From the human T2T-CHM13v2.0 reference genome, Homo sapiens, in the NCBI RefSeq assembly GCF_009914755.1, contig NC_060933.1: a DNA stretch of 64,000 bases; one strand, 5' to 3'. Below, piece by piece: positions 11,501 through 26,300 of this stretch. The translations under genes were made by a program, and so were the position numbers. The notes under the pieces were generated by a model, which searched no databases, was not told where the DNA came from, and saw only the letters and a program-made list of their open reading frames with translations. Each line of letters starts with the position of its first letter. The stretch's first letter is position 1.

Positions 11501-14500
11501 AATGCATGGAATGGAATCAACCCGAGTTCAACGGAATGGAGAGGAATGGAATGGAATGGAATGGAAACTACCCGAATGGAATGGAATGGAATGGAGTGTA
11601 AGGGAATTGAATAGAATCAATCCGAATGTAATGGAATGGAATGGAACGGAATGGAATGGAATGGAATGGAATGGAATGGAATGGAATGGAATGCAATGGA
11701 ATGGAATCAACCCGAGTGCAATCGAATGGAATCGAATGGAATGGAATGCAATGGAATGGATTCAACTTGAATGGAATGGAAAGAATGGAATCAACACGAG
11801 TGGAATGGCATGGATTGGAATGGAATGGAATGGAATCAACCCGAGTACAGGGGAATGGAATGGAATGGAATGCAATGGAATGGAATCATCCGTAATGGAA
11901 TGGAAAGGAATGGAATGGAATGGAATGGAATGGAATGGAATGGAATCAACTCGATTGCAATCGAATGGAATGGAATGGAATTAACCCGAATAGCATGGAA
12001 TGGAATGGAATGGAACGGAACGGAATGGAATGGAATGGAATGGAATGGAATGGAACGGAAAGGAAGGGAATGGAATGGAATAGAATGGAATGGAATGGAA
12101 TCAACGCGAGTGCAGGGGAATGGAATGGAATGCAATGCAATGGAATGGAATCTTCCGGAATGGAATGGAATGGAATGGAATGGAATGGAATGGAATGGAA
12201 TGGAATGGACTCAACCCTAGTGCAATGGAATGGAGTGGAATGGAATGGAATGGAATGGAACAACCCGAATGGAATGGAATGTAATGGAGAGTAAGGGAGT
12301 TGAATAGAATCAATCCGAATGTAATGGAATGGAATGGAACGGAATGGAATTGAATGGAATGGAATGGAATGCAATGGAATGGAATCAACCCGAGTGCAAT
12401 GGAATGGAGAGGAATGGAATGGAATGGAATGGAAACTACCCGAATGGAATGGAATGTAATGGAGTGTAAGGGAATTGAATAGAATCAATCCGAATGTAAT
12501 GGAATGGAATAGAACGGAATGGAATGGAATGGAATGGAATGGAATGGAATGGAATGCAATGGAATGGAATCAACCCGAGTGCAATCGAATGGAATCGAAT
12601 GGAATGGAATGCAATGGAATGGATTCAACTTGAATGGAATGGAAAGAATGGAATCAACACGAGTGGAATGGCATGGATTGGAATGGAATGGAATGGAATC
12701 AACCCGAGTACAGGGGAATGGAATGGAATGGAATGCAATGGAATGGAATCATCCGTAATGGAATGGAAAGGCATGGAATGGAATGGAAAGGAATGGAATG
12801 GAATGGAATGGAATGGAATGGAATCAACTCGATTGCATTCGAATGGAATGGAATGGAATTAACCCGAATAGGATGGAATGGAATGGAATGGAACGGAACG
12901 GAATGGAATGGAATGGAATGGAACGGAACGGAATGGAATGGAATGGAATGGAATGGAATCAACGCGAGTGCAGGGGAATGGAATGGAATGGAATGCAACG
13001 GAATGGAAACTTCCGGAATGGAATGGAATGGAATGGAATGGAATGAAATACAATGGATTCAACTCGATTGCAATGGAATGGAATAGAATGGAATGAAATG
13101 GAATGGAATGCAATTAATCCGAATAGAATGGAATGGAATGGAATGGAACGGAATGGAACATAATGGAATGGAATGGAATGGAATGGAATGGAATGGTATG
13201 GAATGGAATGGAATGGTACGGAATAGAATGGAATGGAACGAATTGTAATGGAATGGAATTGAATGGAATGGAATGGAATGGAATGGAATCAACGCGAGTG
13301 CAGGGGAATGTAATGGAACGGAATGCAATGGAATGGAATCATCCGGAATGGAATGGAATTTAATGGAATGGAATGGAATGGAATCAACCCGAGTGCAATG
13401 GAATGGAGTGGAATGGAATGGAATGGAATGGAACAACCCGAATGGAATGGAATGTAATGGAGAGTAAGGGAGTTGAATAGAATCAATCCGAATGTAATGG
13501 AATGGAATGCAACGGAATGGAATGGAATGGAATGGAATGGAATGCAATGGAATGGAATCAACCCGAGTACAATGGAATGGAATGGAATAGAATGGAATGG
13601 AATGGAATGGAATGGAATGGAATGGAATGATACGGAATAGAATGCAATGGAACGAAATGGAATGGAATGGAAAGGAATGGAATGGAATGGAAAGGAATCG
13701 TTCCGAGTGGAATAGGAGGGAATGTATTCGAGTGGAATGGAAAGGAATGGAATCAACAAGAGTGGAATAGAAGGGAATGGAATGGAATGGAAACTAATAG
13801 AATGGAATCAACCCGAGTGGAATGGAATGGAAAGGACTGGAATGGAATGGAATGGAATGGAATCAACTCGATTGTAATGGAATGGAATGGAATGGAATGG
13901 AATGGAATGGAATGGAATGGAATGGAATTAACACGAATACAATGGTATGGAATGGAATGGAATGGAATGGAATGGAGTGGAATGGAATGGAATCAACCCG
14001 AGTGCAGGGGAATGGAATGGAATGGAATGCAATGGAATGGAATCATCCGGAATGGAATGGAATGGAATGGAATGCAAAGCAATGGAATCAACTCGATTGC
14101 AATGGAATGGAATGGAATGGAAAGGAATACATTGGAATCAACCCGAGTGGAATGGAATGGAAAGGACTGGAATGGAGTGGAATGGAATGGAATGCAATGG
14201 AATGGAATGGAATGGAATCAACTTGATTGGAATGGAATGGAATGGAATGGAATGGAATGGAATGGAATGGAATCAACCCGACTGCAGGGGAATGGAATGG
14301 AATGGAATGCAATGGAATGGATTCAACTTGAATGGAATGGAAAGAATGGAATCAACACGAGTGGAATGGCATGGATTGGAAAGGAATGGAATGGAATCAA
14401 CCCGAGTACAGGGGAATGGAATGGAATGGAATGCAATGGAATGGAATCATCCGTAATGGAATGGAAAGGAATGGAATGGAATGGAATGGAATGGAATGGA

Positions 14501-14700
14501 ATGGAATGGAATGGAATCAACTCGATTGCAATCGAATGGAATGGAATGGAATTAACCCGAATAGAATGGAGTGGAATGGAATGGAACGGAACGGAATGGA
14601 ATGGAATGGAATGGAATGGAATGGAACGGAACGGAATGGAATGGAATGGAATGGAATGGAATGGAATCAACGCGAGTGCAGGGGAATGGAATGGAATGGA
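8516..14700 (+). repeat. ~3.4-3.56-kb tandem repeat (about 1.8 copies)
   Basis: AGGAAGGGAA 8523/12061, CAACCCTAGTGC ~8654/~12212, GATTGCATTCG ~9273/~12831, ORFs 9076/12634 (3558), TAGGAGGG 10145/13713, CAACTTGATTGG ~10811/~14219. Confidence 0.82.
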
Positions 14701-17700
14701 ATGCAATGGAATGGAATCTTCCAGAATGGAATGGAATTGAATGGAATGGAATGGAATGGTATGGAATAAACCCGAGTGCAATGGAATGGAGTGGAATGGA
14801 ATAGAATGGAATGGAACAACCCGAATGGAATGGAATGTAATGGAGACAAAGGGAGTTGAATAGAATCAATCCGAATGTAATGGAATGGAATGGAACGGAA
14901 TGGAATTGAATGGAATGGAATGGAATGGAATGCAATGGAATGGAAACTTCCGGAATGGAATGGAATGGAATGGAATGGAATGAAATGCAATGGATTCAAC
15001 TCGATTGCAATGGAATGGAATAGAATGGAATGGAATGGAATGGAATGGAATTAATCCGAATAGAATGGAATGGAATGGAACGGAACGGAATGGAACGGAA
15101 AGGAATGGAATGGAACGGAATGGAATGGAATGGAATGGAATGGTATGGAATGGAATGGAATGGTACGGAATAGAATGGAATGGAACGAATTGTAATGGTA
15201 TGGAATTGAATGGAATGGAATGGAATGGAATAGAATGGAATCAACGTGAGTGCAGGGGAATGTAATGGAACGGAATGCAATGGAATGGAATCATCCGGAA
15301 TGGAATGGAATGCAATGGAATGGAATGGAATCAACTCGAGTGCAATGGAATGGAGTGGAATGGAATGGAATGGAATGGAACAACCCGAATGGAATGGAAT
15401 GTAATGGAGAGTAAGGGAGTTGAATAGAATCAATCCGAACGTAATAGAATGGAATGCAACGGAATGGAATGGAATGGAATCGAATGGAATGCAATGGAAT
15501 GGAATCAACCCGAGTACAATGGAATGGAATGGAATGGAATGGAATGGAATGATACGGAATAGAATGGAATGGAACGAAATGGAATGGAATGGAATGGAAT
15601 GGAATGGAAAGGAATGGAATGGAATGGAATCGTTCCGAGTGGAATAGGAGGGAATGTATTCGAGTGGAATGGAAAGGAATGGAATCAACAAGAGTGGAAT
15701 GGAAGGGAATGGAATGGAATGGAAACTAATAGAATGGAATCAACCCGAGTGGAATGGAATGGAAAGGACTGGAATGGAATGGAATGGAATGGAATCAACT
15801 CGATTGTAATGGAATGGAATGGAATGGAATGGAATGGAATGGAATGGAACGGATCAGAAAGGAATGGAATGGAATGGAATGGAATGGAATGGAATCAACG
15901 AGAGTGCAGGGGAATGGCATGGATTGGAATGCAATGGAATGGAATCTTCCGGAATGGAATGGAATGGAATGGAATGAAATGCAATGGATTCCACTCGATT
16001 GCAATGGAATGGAATAGAATGGAAAGGAATGGAATGGAATGGGATTAACCCGAATAGAATGGAATGGAATGGAATGGAACGGAACGGAACGGAATGGAAT
16101 GGAATGGAATGGAATGGAATGGAATGGAATGGAATGGAATGGAATGAAATGGAATGGTACGGAATAGAATGGAATGGAACGAATTGTAATGGAATGGAAT
16201 TGAATGGAATGGAATGGAATGGAATGGAATCAACGCGAGTGCAGGGGAATGTAATGGAACGGAATGCAATGGAATGGAATCATCCGGAATGGAATGGAAT
16301 GGAATGGAATGGAATGGAATGGAATCAACCCGAGTGCAATGGAATGGAGTGGAATGGAATGGAATGGAATGAAACAACCCGAATGGAATGGAATGTAATG
16401 GAGAGTAAGGGAGTTGAATAGAATCAATTCGAATGTAATGGAATGGAATGCAACGGAATGGAATGGAATGGAATGGAATGGAATGGAATGGAATGGAATG
16501 GAATGCAAAGGAATGGAATCAACCCGAGTGGAATGGCATGGAATGGAATGCAATGGATTGGAATGGAATGGAATCAACTCGAGTGGAAAGGAATGGAATG
16601 CAATGGAAAGGAAAGGAATGAAGTCAACTCGAGTGGAATGGAATGGAATGGAATGGATTGGAAGGGATTGCAATGGAATGAAATGGAATGGAATGGAATG
16701 GAATCAATCATGGAAGGGAATGTAATGGAGTGGAAAGAAGGGAATGGAATCAACCCGAGTGGAATGCAAGGCAATGGAATGGAATGAAAGGAATGGAATG
16801 GAATCAACTCGATTGCAATGGAATGGAATGGAATGGAATGGAATGGAATGAAATGGAATTAACCGGAATAGAATGGAATGGAATGGAATGGAACGGAATG
16901 GAATGGAATGGAAGGGAGTGGAATCAACACGAGTGCAGGGGAATGGAATGGAATGGAATGCAATGGAATGGAATCATCCGGAATGGAATGGAATGGAATG
17001 GAATCAACTCCATTGCAATGGAATGGAATGGAATGGAATGGAATAGAATGGAATGGAATTAACCCGAATAGAATGGAATGCAACAGAATGGAATGCAACG
17101 GAACCGAATGGAGTGGAATGGAATGGAATGGAATCTACCCGAGTACAGGGGAATGGAATGGAATGGAATGCAATGGAATGGAGTCATCCGTAATGGAATG
17201 GAAAGGAATGGAATGGAATGGAATGGAATGGAATGGAATGGAATCAACTCGATGGCAATCGAATGGAATGGAATGGAATTAACCCGAATAGAATGGAATG
17301 GAATGGAATGGAACGGAACTGAATGGAATGGAATGGAATGGAATGGAATGGAATGGAACGGAACGGAATGGAATGGAATAGAATGGAATGGAATCAACGA
17401 GAGTGCAGGGGAATGGAATGGAATGGAATGCAATGGAATGGAATCTTCCGGAATGGAATGGAATGGAATGCAATGGAATGAAAGGCAATGGATTCAACTC
17501 GATTGCAAAGGAATGGAATAGAATGGAATGGAATGGAATGGAATGGAATGGAATGGAATGGAATGGAATGGAATGTCTTCAAACCGAATGGTATGGAAAG
17601 GAATGGAATCAACACGAGAGGAAAGGAATGGAATGGAAAGGAATGGAATGGAATGGAATGGTACGGAATAGAACGGAATGCAACGAACTGGAATGGAATG

Positions 17701-20700
17701 GAATGGAATGGAATGGAATGGAATCGTTCCGAGTGGAATAGGAGGGAATGTATTCGAGTGGAATGGAAAGGAATGGAATCAACCAGAGTGGCATGGAAGG
17801 GAATGGAATGGAATGGAAACTAATAGAATGGAATCAACCCGAGTGGAACGGAATGGAAAGGACTGGAATGGAATCGAATGGAATGGAATGGAATCAAATC
17901 GATTGTAATGGAATGGAATGTGATGGAATGGAATGGAATGGAATGGAATGGAATGGATTTAACCCGAATACAATGGAATGGAATGGAATGGAACGGAATG
18001 GAGTGGAATGGAATGGAATCAACCCGAGTGCAGGGGAATGGAATGGAATGGAATGCAATGGAATGGAATCATCCGGAATGGAATGGAATGGAATGGAATG
18101 CAAAGCAATGGAATCAACTCGATTGCAATGGAATGGAATGGAATGGAAAGGAATACATTGGAATCAACCCGAGTGGAATGGAATGGAAAGGACTGGAATG
18201 GAGTGGAATAGAATGGAATGGAATGGAATGGAATCAACTCGATTGGAATGGAATGGAATGGAATGGAATGGAATGGAATTAACCCGAATAGAATGGAATG
18301 GAATGGAATGGAACGGAACGGAACGGAACGGAACAGAACGGAACGGAACGGAATGGAATGGAATGGAATGGAATGGAATCAACCCGACTGCAGGGGAATG
18401 GAATGGAATGGGATGCAATGGAATGGATTCAACTTGAATGGAATGGAAAGAATGGAATCAACACGAGTGGAATGGCATGGATTGGAATGGAATGGAATGG
18501 AATCAACCCGAGTACAGGGGAATGGAATGGAATGGAATGCAATGGAATGGAATCATCCGTAATGGAATGGAAAGGAATGGAATGGAATGGAATGGAATGG
18601 AATGGAATGGAATGGAATCAACTCGATTGCAATCGAATGGAATGGAATGGAATTAACCCGAATAGAATGGAATGGAATGGAATGGAATGGAATGGAACGG
18701 AACGGAACGGAATGGAATGGAATGGAAAGGAATGGAATGGAAAGGAATGGAATGGAATGGAATGGAATGGAATGGAATGGAATGGAATGGAATGGAATCA
18801 ACGCGAGTGGAGGGGAATGGAATGGAATGGAATACAATGGAATGGAATCTTCCGGAATGGAATGGAATGGAATGGAATGGAATGGAATGGAATAAACCCG
18901 AGTGCAATGGAATGGAGTGGAATGGAATGGAATGGAATGGAACAACCCGAATGGAATGGAATGTAATGGAGAGTAAGGGAGTTGAATAGAATCAATCCGA
19001 ATGTAATGGAATGGAATGGAACGGAAAGGAATTGAATGGAATGGAATGGAATGCAATGGAATGGAATCAACCCGAGTGCAATGGAATGGAGAGGAATGGA
19101 ATGGAATGGAATGGAAACTATCCGAATGGAATGGAATGTAATGGAGTGTAAGGGAATTGAATAGAATCAATCCGAATGTAATGGAATGGAATGGTACGGA
19201 ATGGAATGGAATGGAATGGAATGGAATGGAATGCAATGGAATGGAATCAACCCGAGTGCAATCGAATGGAATCGAATGGAATGGAATGCAATGGAATGGA
19301 TTCAACTTGAATGGAATGGAAAGAATGGAATCAACACGAGTGAAAGGGCATGGATTGGAATGCAATGGAATGGAATCAACCCTAGTACAGGGGAATGGAA
19401 TTGAATGGAATGCAATGGAATGGAATCATCCGTAATGGAATGGAAAGGAATGGAATGGAATGGAATGGAATGGAATGGAATGGAATCAACACGATTGCAA
19501 TCGAATGGAATGGAATGAAATTAACCCGAATAGAATGGAATGGAATGGAATGGAACGGAACGTAATGGAATGGAATGGAATGGAATGGAATGGAATGGAA
19601 CGGAACGGAACGGAACGGAATGGAATGGAATGGAATGGAATGGAACGGAATGGAATCAACGCGAGTGCAGGGGAATGGAATGGAATGGAATGCAATGGAA
19701 TGGAATCTTCCGGAATGGAATGGAATGGAATGGAATGAAATGAAATGGATTCAACTCGATTGCAATGGAATGGAATAGAATGGAATGGAATGGAATGGAA
19801 TGGAATTAACCCGAATAGAATGGAATGGAATGGAATGGAACGGAATGGAATGGAATGGAATGGAATGGAATGGAATGGAATGGAATGGAATGGTATGGAA
19901 TGGAATGGAATGGTACGGAATAGAATGGAATGGAACGAATTGTAATGGAATGGAATTGAATGGAATGGAATGGAATGGAATGGAATCAACGCGAGTGCAG
20001 GGGAATGTAATGGAACGGAATGCAATGGAATGGAATCATCCGGAATGGAATGGAATGGAATGGAATGGAATGGAATGGAATCAACCCGAGTGCAATGGTA
20101 TGGAGTGGAATGGAATGGAATAGAATGGAACAACCCGAATGGAATGGAATGTAATGGAGAGTAAGGGAGTTGAATAGAATCAATTCGAATGTAATGGAAT
20201 GGAATGCAACGGAATGGAATGGAATGGAATGGAATGGAATGGAATGGAATGGAATGGAATGCAAAGGAATGGAATCAACCCGAGTGGAATGGCATGGAAT
20301 GGAATGCAATGGATTGGAATGGAATGGAATCAACTCGAGTGGAAAGGAATGGAATGGAATGGAAAGGAATGGAATGAAGTCAACTCGAGTGGAATGGAAT
20401 GGAATGGAATGGATTGGAAGGGATTGCAATGGAATGAAATGGAATGGAATGGAATGGAATCAATCATGGAAGGGAATGTAATGGAGTGGAAAGAAGGGAA
20501 TGGAATCAACCCGAGTGGAATGCAAGGCAATGGAATGGAATGAAAGGAATGGAATGGAATCAACTCGATTGCAATGGAATGGAATGGAATGGAATGGAAT
20601 GGAATGGAATTAACCGGAATAGAATGGAATGGAATGGAATGGAACGGAATGGAATGGAATGGAAGGGAATGGAATCAACACGAGTGCAGGGGAATGGAAT

Positions 20701-22615
20701 GGAATGGAATGCAATGGAATGGAATCATCCGGAATGGAATGGAATGGAATGGAATCAACTCCATTGCAATGGAATGGAATGGAATGGAATGGAATAGAAT
20801 GGAATGGAATTAACCCGAATAGAATGGAATGCAACAGAATGGAATGCAACGGAACCGAATGGAGTGGAATGGAATGGAATGGAATCTACCCGAGTACAGG
20901 GGAATGGAATGGAATGGAATGCAATGGAATGGAGTCATCCGTAATGGAATGGAAAGGAATGGAATGGAATGGAATGGAATGGAATGGAATGGAATGGAAT
21001 CAACTCGATTGCAATCGAATGGAATGGAATGGAATTAACCCGAATAGAATGGAATGGAATGGAATGGAATGGAATGGAACGGAACGGAATGGAATGGAAT
21101 GGAATGGAAAGGAATGGAACGGAAAGGAATGGAATGGAATGGAATGGAATGGAATGGAATGGAATGGAATGGAATCAACGCGAGTGGAGGGGAATGGAAT
21201 GGAATGGAATACAATGGAATGGAATCTTCCGGAATGGAATGGAATGGAATGGAATGGAATGGAATGGAATGGAATAAACCCGAGTGCAATGGAATGGAGT
21301 GGAATGGAATGGAATGGAATGGAACAACCCGAATGGAATGGAATGTAATGGAGAGTAAGGGAGTTGAATAGAATCAATCCGAATGTAATGGAATGGAATG
21401 GACCGGAAAGGAATTGAATGGAATGGAATGGAATGCAATGGAATGGAATCAACCCGAGTGCAATGGAATGGAGAGGAATGGAATGGAATGGAATGGAAAC
21501 TACCCGAATGGAATGGAATGTAATGGAGTGTAAGGGAATTGAATAGAATCAATCCGAATGTAATGGAATGGAATGGTACGGAATGGAATGGAATGGAATG
21601 GAATGGAATGGAATGCAATGGAATGGAATCAACCCGAGTGCAATCGAATGGAATCGAATGGAATGGAATGCAATGGAATGGATTCAACTTGAATGGAATG
21701 GAAAGAATGGAATCAACACGAGTGGAAGGGCATGGATTGGAATGCAATGGAATGGAATCAACCCGAGTACAGGGGAATGGAATTGAATGGAATGCAATGG
21801 AATGGAATCATCCGTAATGGAATGGAAAGGAATGGAATGGAATGGAATGGAATGGAATGGAATGGAATCAACACGATTGCAATCGAATGGAATGGAATGA
21901 AATTAACCCGAATAGAATGGAATGGAATGGAATGGAACGGAACGTAATGGAATGGAATGGAATGGAATGGAACGGAACGGAACGGAACGGAATGGAATGG
22001 AATGGAATGGAATGGAACGGAATGGAATCAACGCGAGTGCAGGGGAATGGAATGGAATGGAATGCAATGGAATGGAATCTTCCGGAATGGAATGGAATGG
22101 AATGGAATGAAATGAAATGGATTCAACTCGATTGCAATGGAATGGAATAGAATGGAATGGAATGGAATGGAATGGAATTAACCCGAATAGAATGGAATGG
22201 AATGGAATGGAACGGAATGGAACGGAATGGAATGGAATGGAATGGAATGGAATGGTATGGAATGGAATGGAATGGTACGGAATAGAATGGAATGGAACGA
22301 ATTGTAATGGAATGGAATTGAATGGAATGGAATGGAATGGAATGGAATCAACGCGAGTGCAGGGGAATGTAATGGAACGGAATGCAATGGAATGGAATCA
22401 TCCGGAATGGAATGGAATGGAATGGAATGGAATGGAATGGAATCAACCCGAGTGCAATGGAATGGAGTGGAATGGAATGGAATAGAATGGAACAACCCGA
22501 ATGGAATGGAATGTAATGGAGAGTAAGGGAGTTGAATAGAATCAATTCGAATGTAATGGAATGGAATGCAACGGAATGGAATGGAATGGAATGGAATGGA
22601 ATGGAATGGAATGGA
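14130..22615 (+). repeat. Copy 2 of the ~14.1-kb-offset duplication (matches 1-8515)
   Basis: Begins CATTGGAATCAACCCGAG at 14130 as at position 1. Collinear with 1-8515, with the offset between 14,134 and 14,099 in whole-pentamer steps. The match ends in the GGAAT run after CAATTCGAA...GCAACGG. Confidence 0.92.
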
Positions 22616-23320
22616 ATGGAATGGAATGGAATGCAAAGGAATGGAATCAACCCGAGTGGAATGGCATGGAATGGAATGCAATGGATTGGAATGGAATGGA
22701 ATCAACTCGAGTGGAAAGGAATGGAATGGAATGGAAAGGAATGGAATGAAGTCAACTCGAGTGGAATGGAATGGAATGGAATGGATTGGAAGGGATTGCA
22801 ATGGAATGAAATGGAATGGAATGGAATGGAATCAATCATGGAAGGGAATGTAATGGAGTGGAAAGAAGGGAATGGAATCAACCCGAGTGGAATGCAAGGC
22901 AATGGAATGGAATGAAAGGAATGGAATGGAATCAACTCGATTGCAATGGAATGGAATGGAATGGAATGGAATGGAATGGAATTAACCGGAATAGAATGGA
23001 ATGGAATGGAATGGAACGGAATGGAATGGAATGGAAGGGAATGGAATCAACACGAGTGCAGGGGAATGGAATGGAATGGAATGCAATGGAATGGAATCAT
23101 CCGGAATGGAATGGAATGGAATGGAATCAACTCCATTGCAATGGAATGGAATGGAATGGAATGGAATAGAATGGAATGGAATTAACCCGAATAGAATGGA
23201 ATGCAACATAATGGAATGCAACGGAACCGAATGGAGTGGAATGGAATGGAATGGAATCTACCCGAGTACAGGGGAATGGAATGGAATGGAATGCAATGGA
23301 ATGGAGTCATCCGTAATGGA
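18555..23320 (+). repeat. ~2.37-kb tandem duplication, two complete copies
   Basis: Pairs 19157/21539 (2382), 19745/22117 (2372), 20444/22816 (2372), 20829/23201 (2372). Confidence 0.87.
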
Positions 23321-26300
23321 ATGGAAAGGAATGGAATGGAATGGAATGGAATGGAATGGAATGGAATGGAATGGAATCAACTCGATGGCAGTCGAATGGA
23401 ATGGAATGGAATTAACCCGAATAGAATGGAATGGAATGGAATGGAACGGAACGGAATGGAATGGAATGGAATGGAATGGAATGGAACGGAACGGAATGGA
23501 ATGGAATGGAATGGAATGGAATCAACGAGAGTGCAGGGGAATGGAATGTAATGGAATGCAATGGAATGGAATCTTCCTGAATGGAATGGAATGGAATGCA
23601 ATGGAATGAAAGGCAATGGATTCAACTCGATTGCAAAGGAATGGAATAGAATGGAATGGAATGGAATGGAATGGAATGGAATTGAATGGAATGGAATGTC
23701 TTCAAACCGAATGGAATGGAAAGGAATGGAATCAACACGAGAGGAAAGGAATGGAATGGAAAGGAATGGAATGGAATGGAATGGTACGGAATAGAACGGA
23801 ATGCAACGAACTGGAATGGAATGGAATGGAATGGAATGGAATGGAATGGAATGGAATGGAATCGTTCCGAGTGGAATAGGAGGGAATGTATTCGAGTGGA
23901 ATGGAAAGGAATGGAATCAACCAGAGTGGCATGGAAGGGAATGGAATGGAATGGAAACTAATAGAATGGAATCAACCCGAGTGGAACGGAATGGAAAGGA
24001 CTGGAATGGAATGGAATGGAATGGAATGGAATCAAATCGATTGTAATGGAATGGAATGGAATGGAATGGAATGGAATGGAATGGAATGGAATTAACCCGA
24101 ATACAATGGAATGGAATGGAATGGAACGGAATGGAGTGGAATGGAATGGAATCAACCCGAGTGCAGGGGAATGGAATGGAATGGAATGCAATGGAATGGA
24201 ATCATCCGGAATGGAATGGAATGGAATGGAATGCAAAGCAATGGAATCAACTCGATTGCAATGGAATGGAATGGAATGGAATGGAAAGGAATAGAATGGT
24301 ATCAGCCCGAGGGTAATGGAATGGAAAGGACTGGAATGGAGTGGAATGGAATGGAATGGAATGGAATGGAATCAACTGGATTGGAATGGAATGGAATGGA
24401 ATGCAATGGAATGGAATTAACCCGAATAGAGTGGAATGGAATGGAATGGAAAGGAACGGAACAGAACAGAACGGAACGGAACGGAATGGAATGGAATGGA
24501 ATGGAATGGAATCAACCCGACTGCAGGGGAATGGAATGGAATGGGATGCAATGGAATGGATTCAACTTGAATGGAATGGAAAGAATGGAATCAACACGAG
24601 TGGAATGGCATGGATTGGAATGGAATGGAATGGAATCAACCCGAGTACAGGGGAATGGAATGGAATGGAATGCAATGGAATGGAATCATCCGTAATGGAA
24701 TGGAAAGGAATGGAATGGAATGGAATGGAATGGAATGGAATGGAATCAACTCGATTGCAATCGAATGGAATGGAATGGAATTAACCCGAATAGAATGGAA
24801 TGGAATGGAATGGAATGGAACGGAACGGAATGGAATGGAATGGAATGGAAAGCAATGGAACGGAAAGGAATGGAATGGAATGGAATGGAATGGAATGGAA
24901 TGGAATGGAATGGAATGGAATCAACGCGAGTGCAGGGGAATGGAATGGAATGGAATACAATGGAATGGAATCTTCCGGAATGGAATGGAATGGAATGGAA
25001 TGGAATGGAATGGAATGGAATGGAATGGAATAAACCCGAGTGCAATGGAATGGAGTGGAATGGAATGGAATGGAATGGAACAACCCGAATGGAATGGAAT
25101 GTAATGGAGAGTAAGGGAGTTGAATAGAATCAATCCGAATGTAATGGAATGGAATGGAACGGAATGGAATTGAATGGAATGGAATGGAATGCAATGGAAT
25201 GGAATCAACCCGAGTGCAATGGAATGGAGAGGAATGGAATGGAATGGAATGGAAACTACCCGAATGGAATGGAATGTAATGGAGTGTAAGGGAATTGAAT
25301 AGAATCAATCCGAATGTAATGGAATGGAATGGTAAGGAATGGAATGGAATGGAATGGAATGGAATGGAATGCAATGGAATGGAATCAACCCGAGTGCAAT
25401 CGAATGGAATCGAATGGAATGGAATGCAATGGAATGGATTCAACTTGAATGGAATGGAAAGAATGGAATCAACACGAGTGGAAGGGCATGGATTGGAATG
25501 CAATGGAATGGAATCAACCCGAGTACAGGGGAATGGAATTGAATGGAATGCAATGGAATGGAATCATCCGTAATGGAATGGAAAGGAATGGAATGGAATG
25601 GAATGGAATGGAATGGAATGGAATGGAATGGAATGGAATGGAATCAACACGATTGCAATCGAATGGAATGGAATGAAATTAACCCGAATAGAATGGAATG
25701 GAATGGAATGGAACGGAACGGAATGGAATGGAATGGAATGGAATGGAACGGAACGGAACGGAACGGAATGGAATGGAATGGAATGGAATGGAACGGAATG
25801 GAATCAACGCGAGTGCAGGGGAATGGAATGGAATGGAATGCAATGGAATGGAATCTTCCGGAATGGAATGGAATGGAATGGAATGAAATGAAATGGATTC
25901 AACTCGATTGCAATGGAATGGAATAGAATGGAATGGAATGGAATGGAATGGAATTAACCCGAATAGAATGGAATGGAATGGAACGGAACGGAATGGAACG
26001 GAACGGAATGGAATGGAATGGAATGGAATGGAATGGAATGGAATGGAATGGTATGGAATGGAATGGAATGGTATGGAATAGAATGGAATGGAACGAATTG
26101 TAATGGAATGGAATAGAATGGAATGGAATGGAATCAACGCGAGTGCAGGGGAATGTAATGGAACGGAATGCAATGGAATGGAATCATCCGGAATGGAATG
26201 GAATGGAATGGAATGGAATGGAATGGAATCAACCCGAGTGCAATGGAATGGAGTGGAATGGAATGGAATGGAATGGAACAACCCGAATGGAATGGAATGT

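Noticed and set aside
8516-14700. 3.56-kb period suggesting Y-chromosome DYZ1
   Set aside because: The period is local (under two copies) and decomposes into ~2.7 kb plus ~0.86 kb. DYZ1 is a homogeneous tandem of a more degenerate unit. The length match is likely coincidental.
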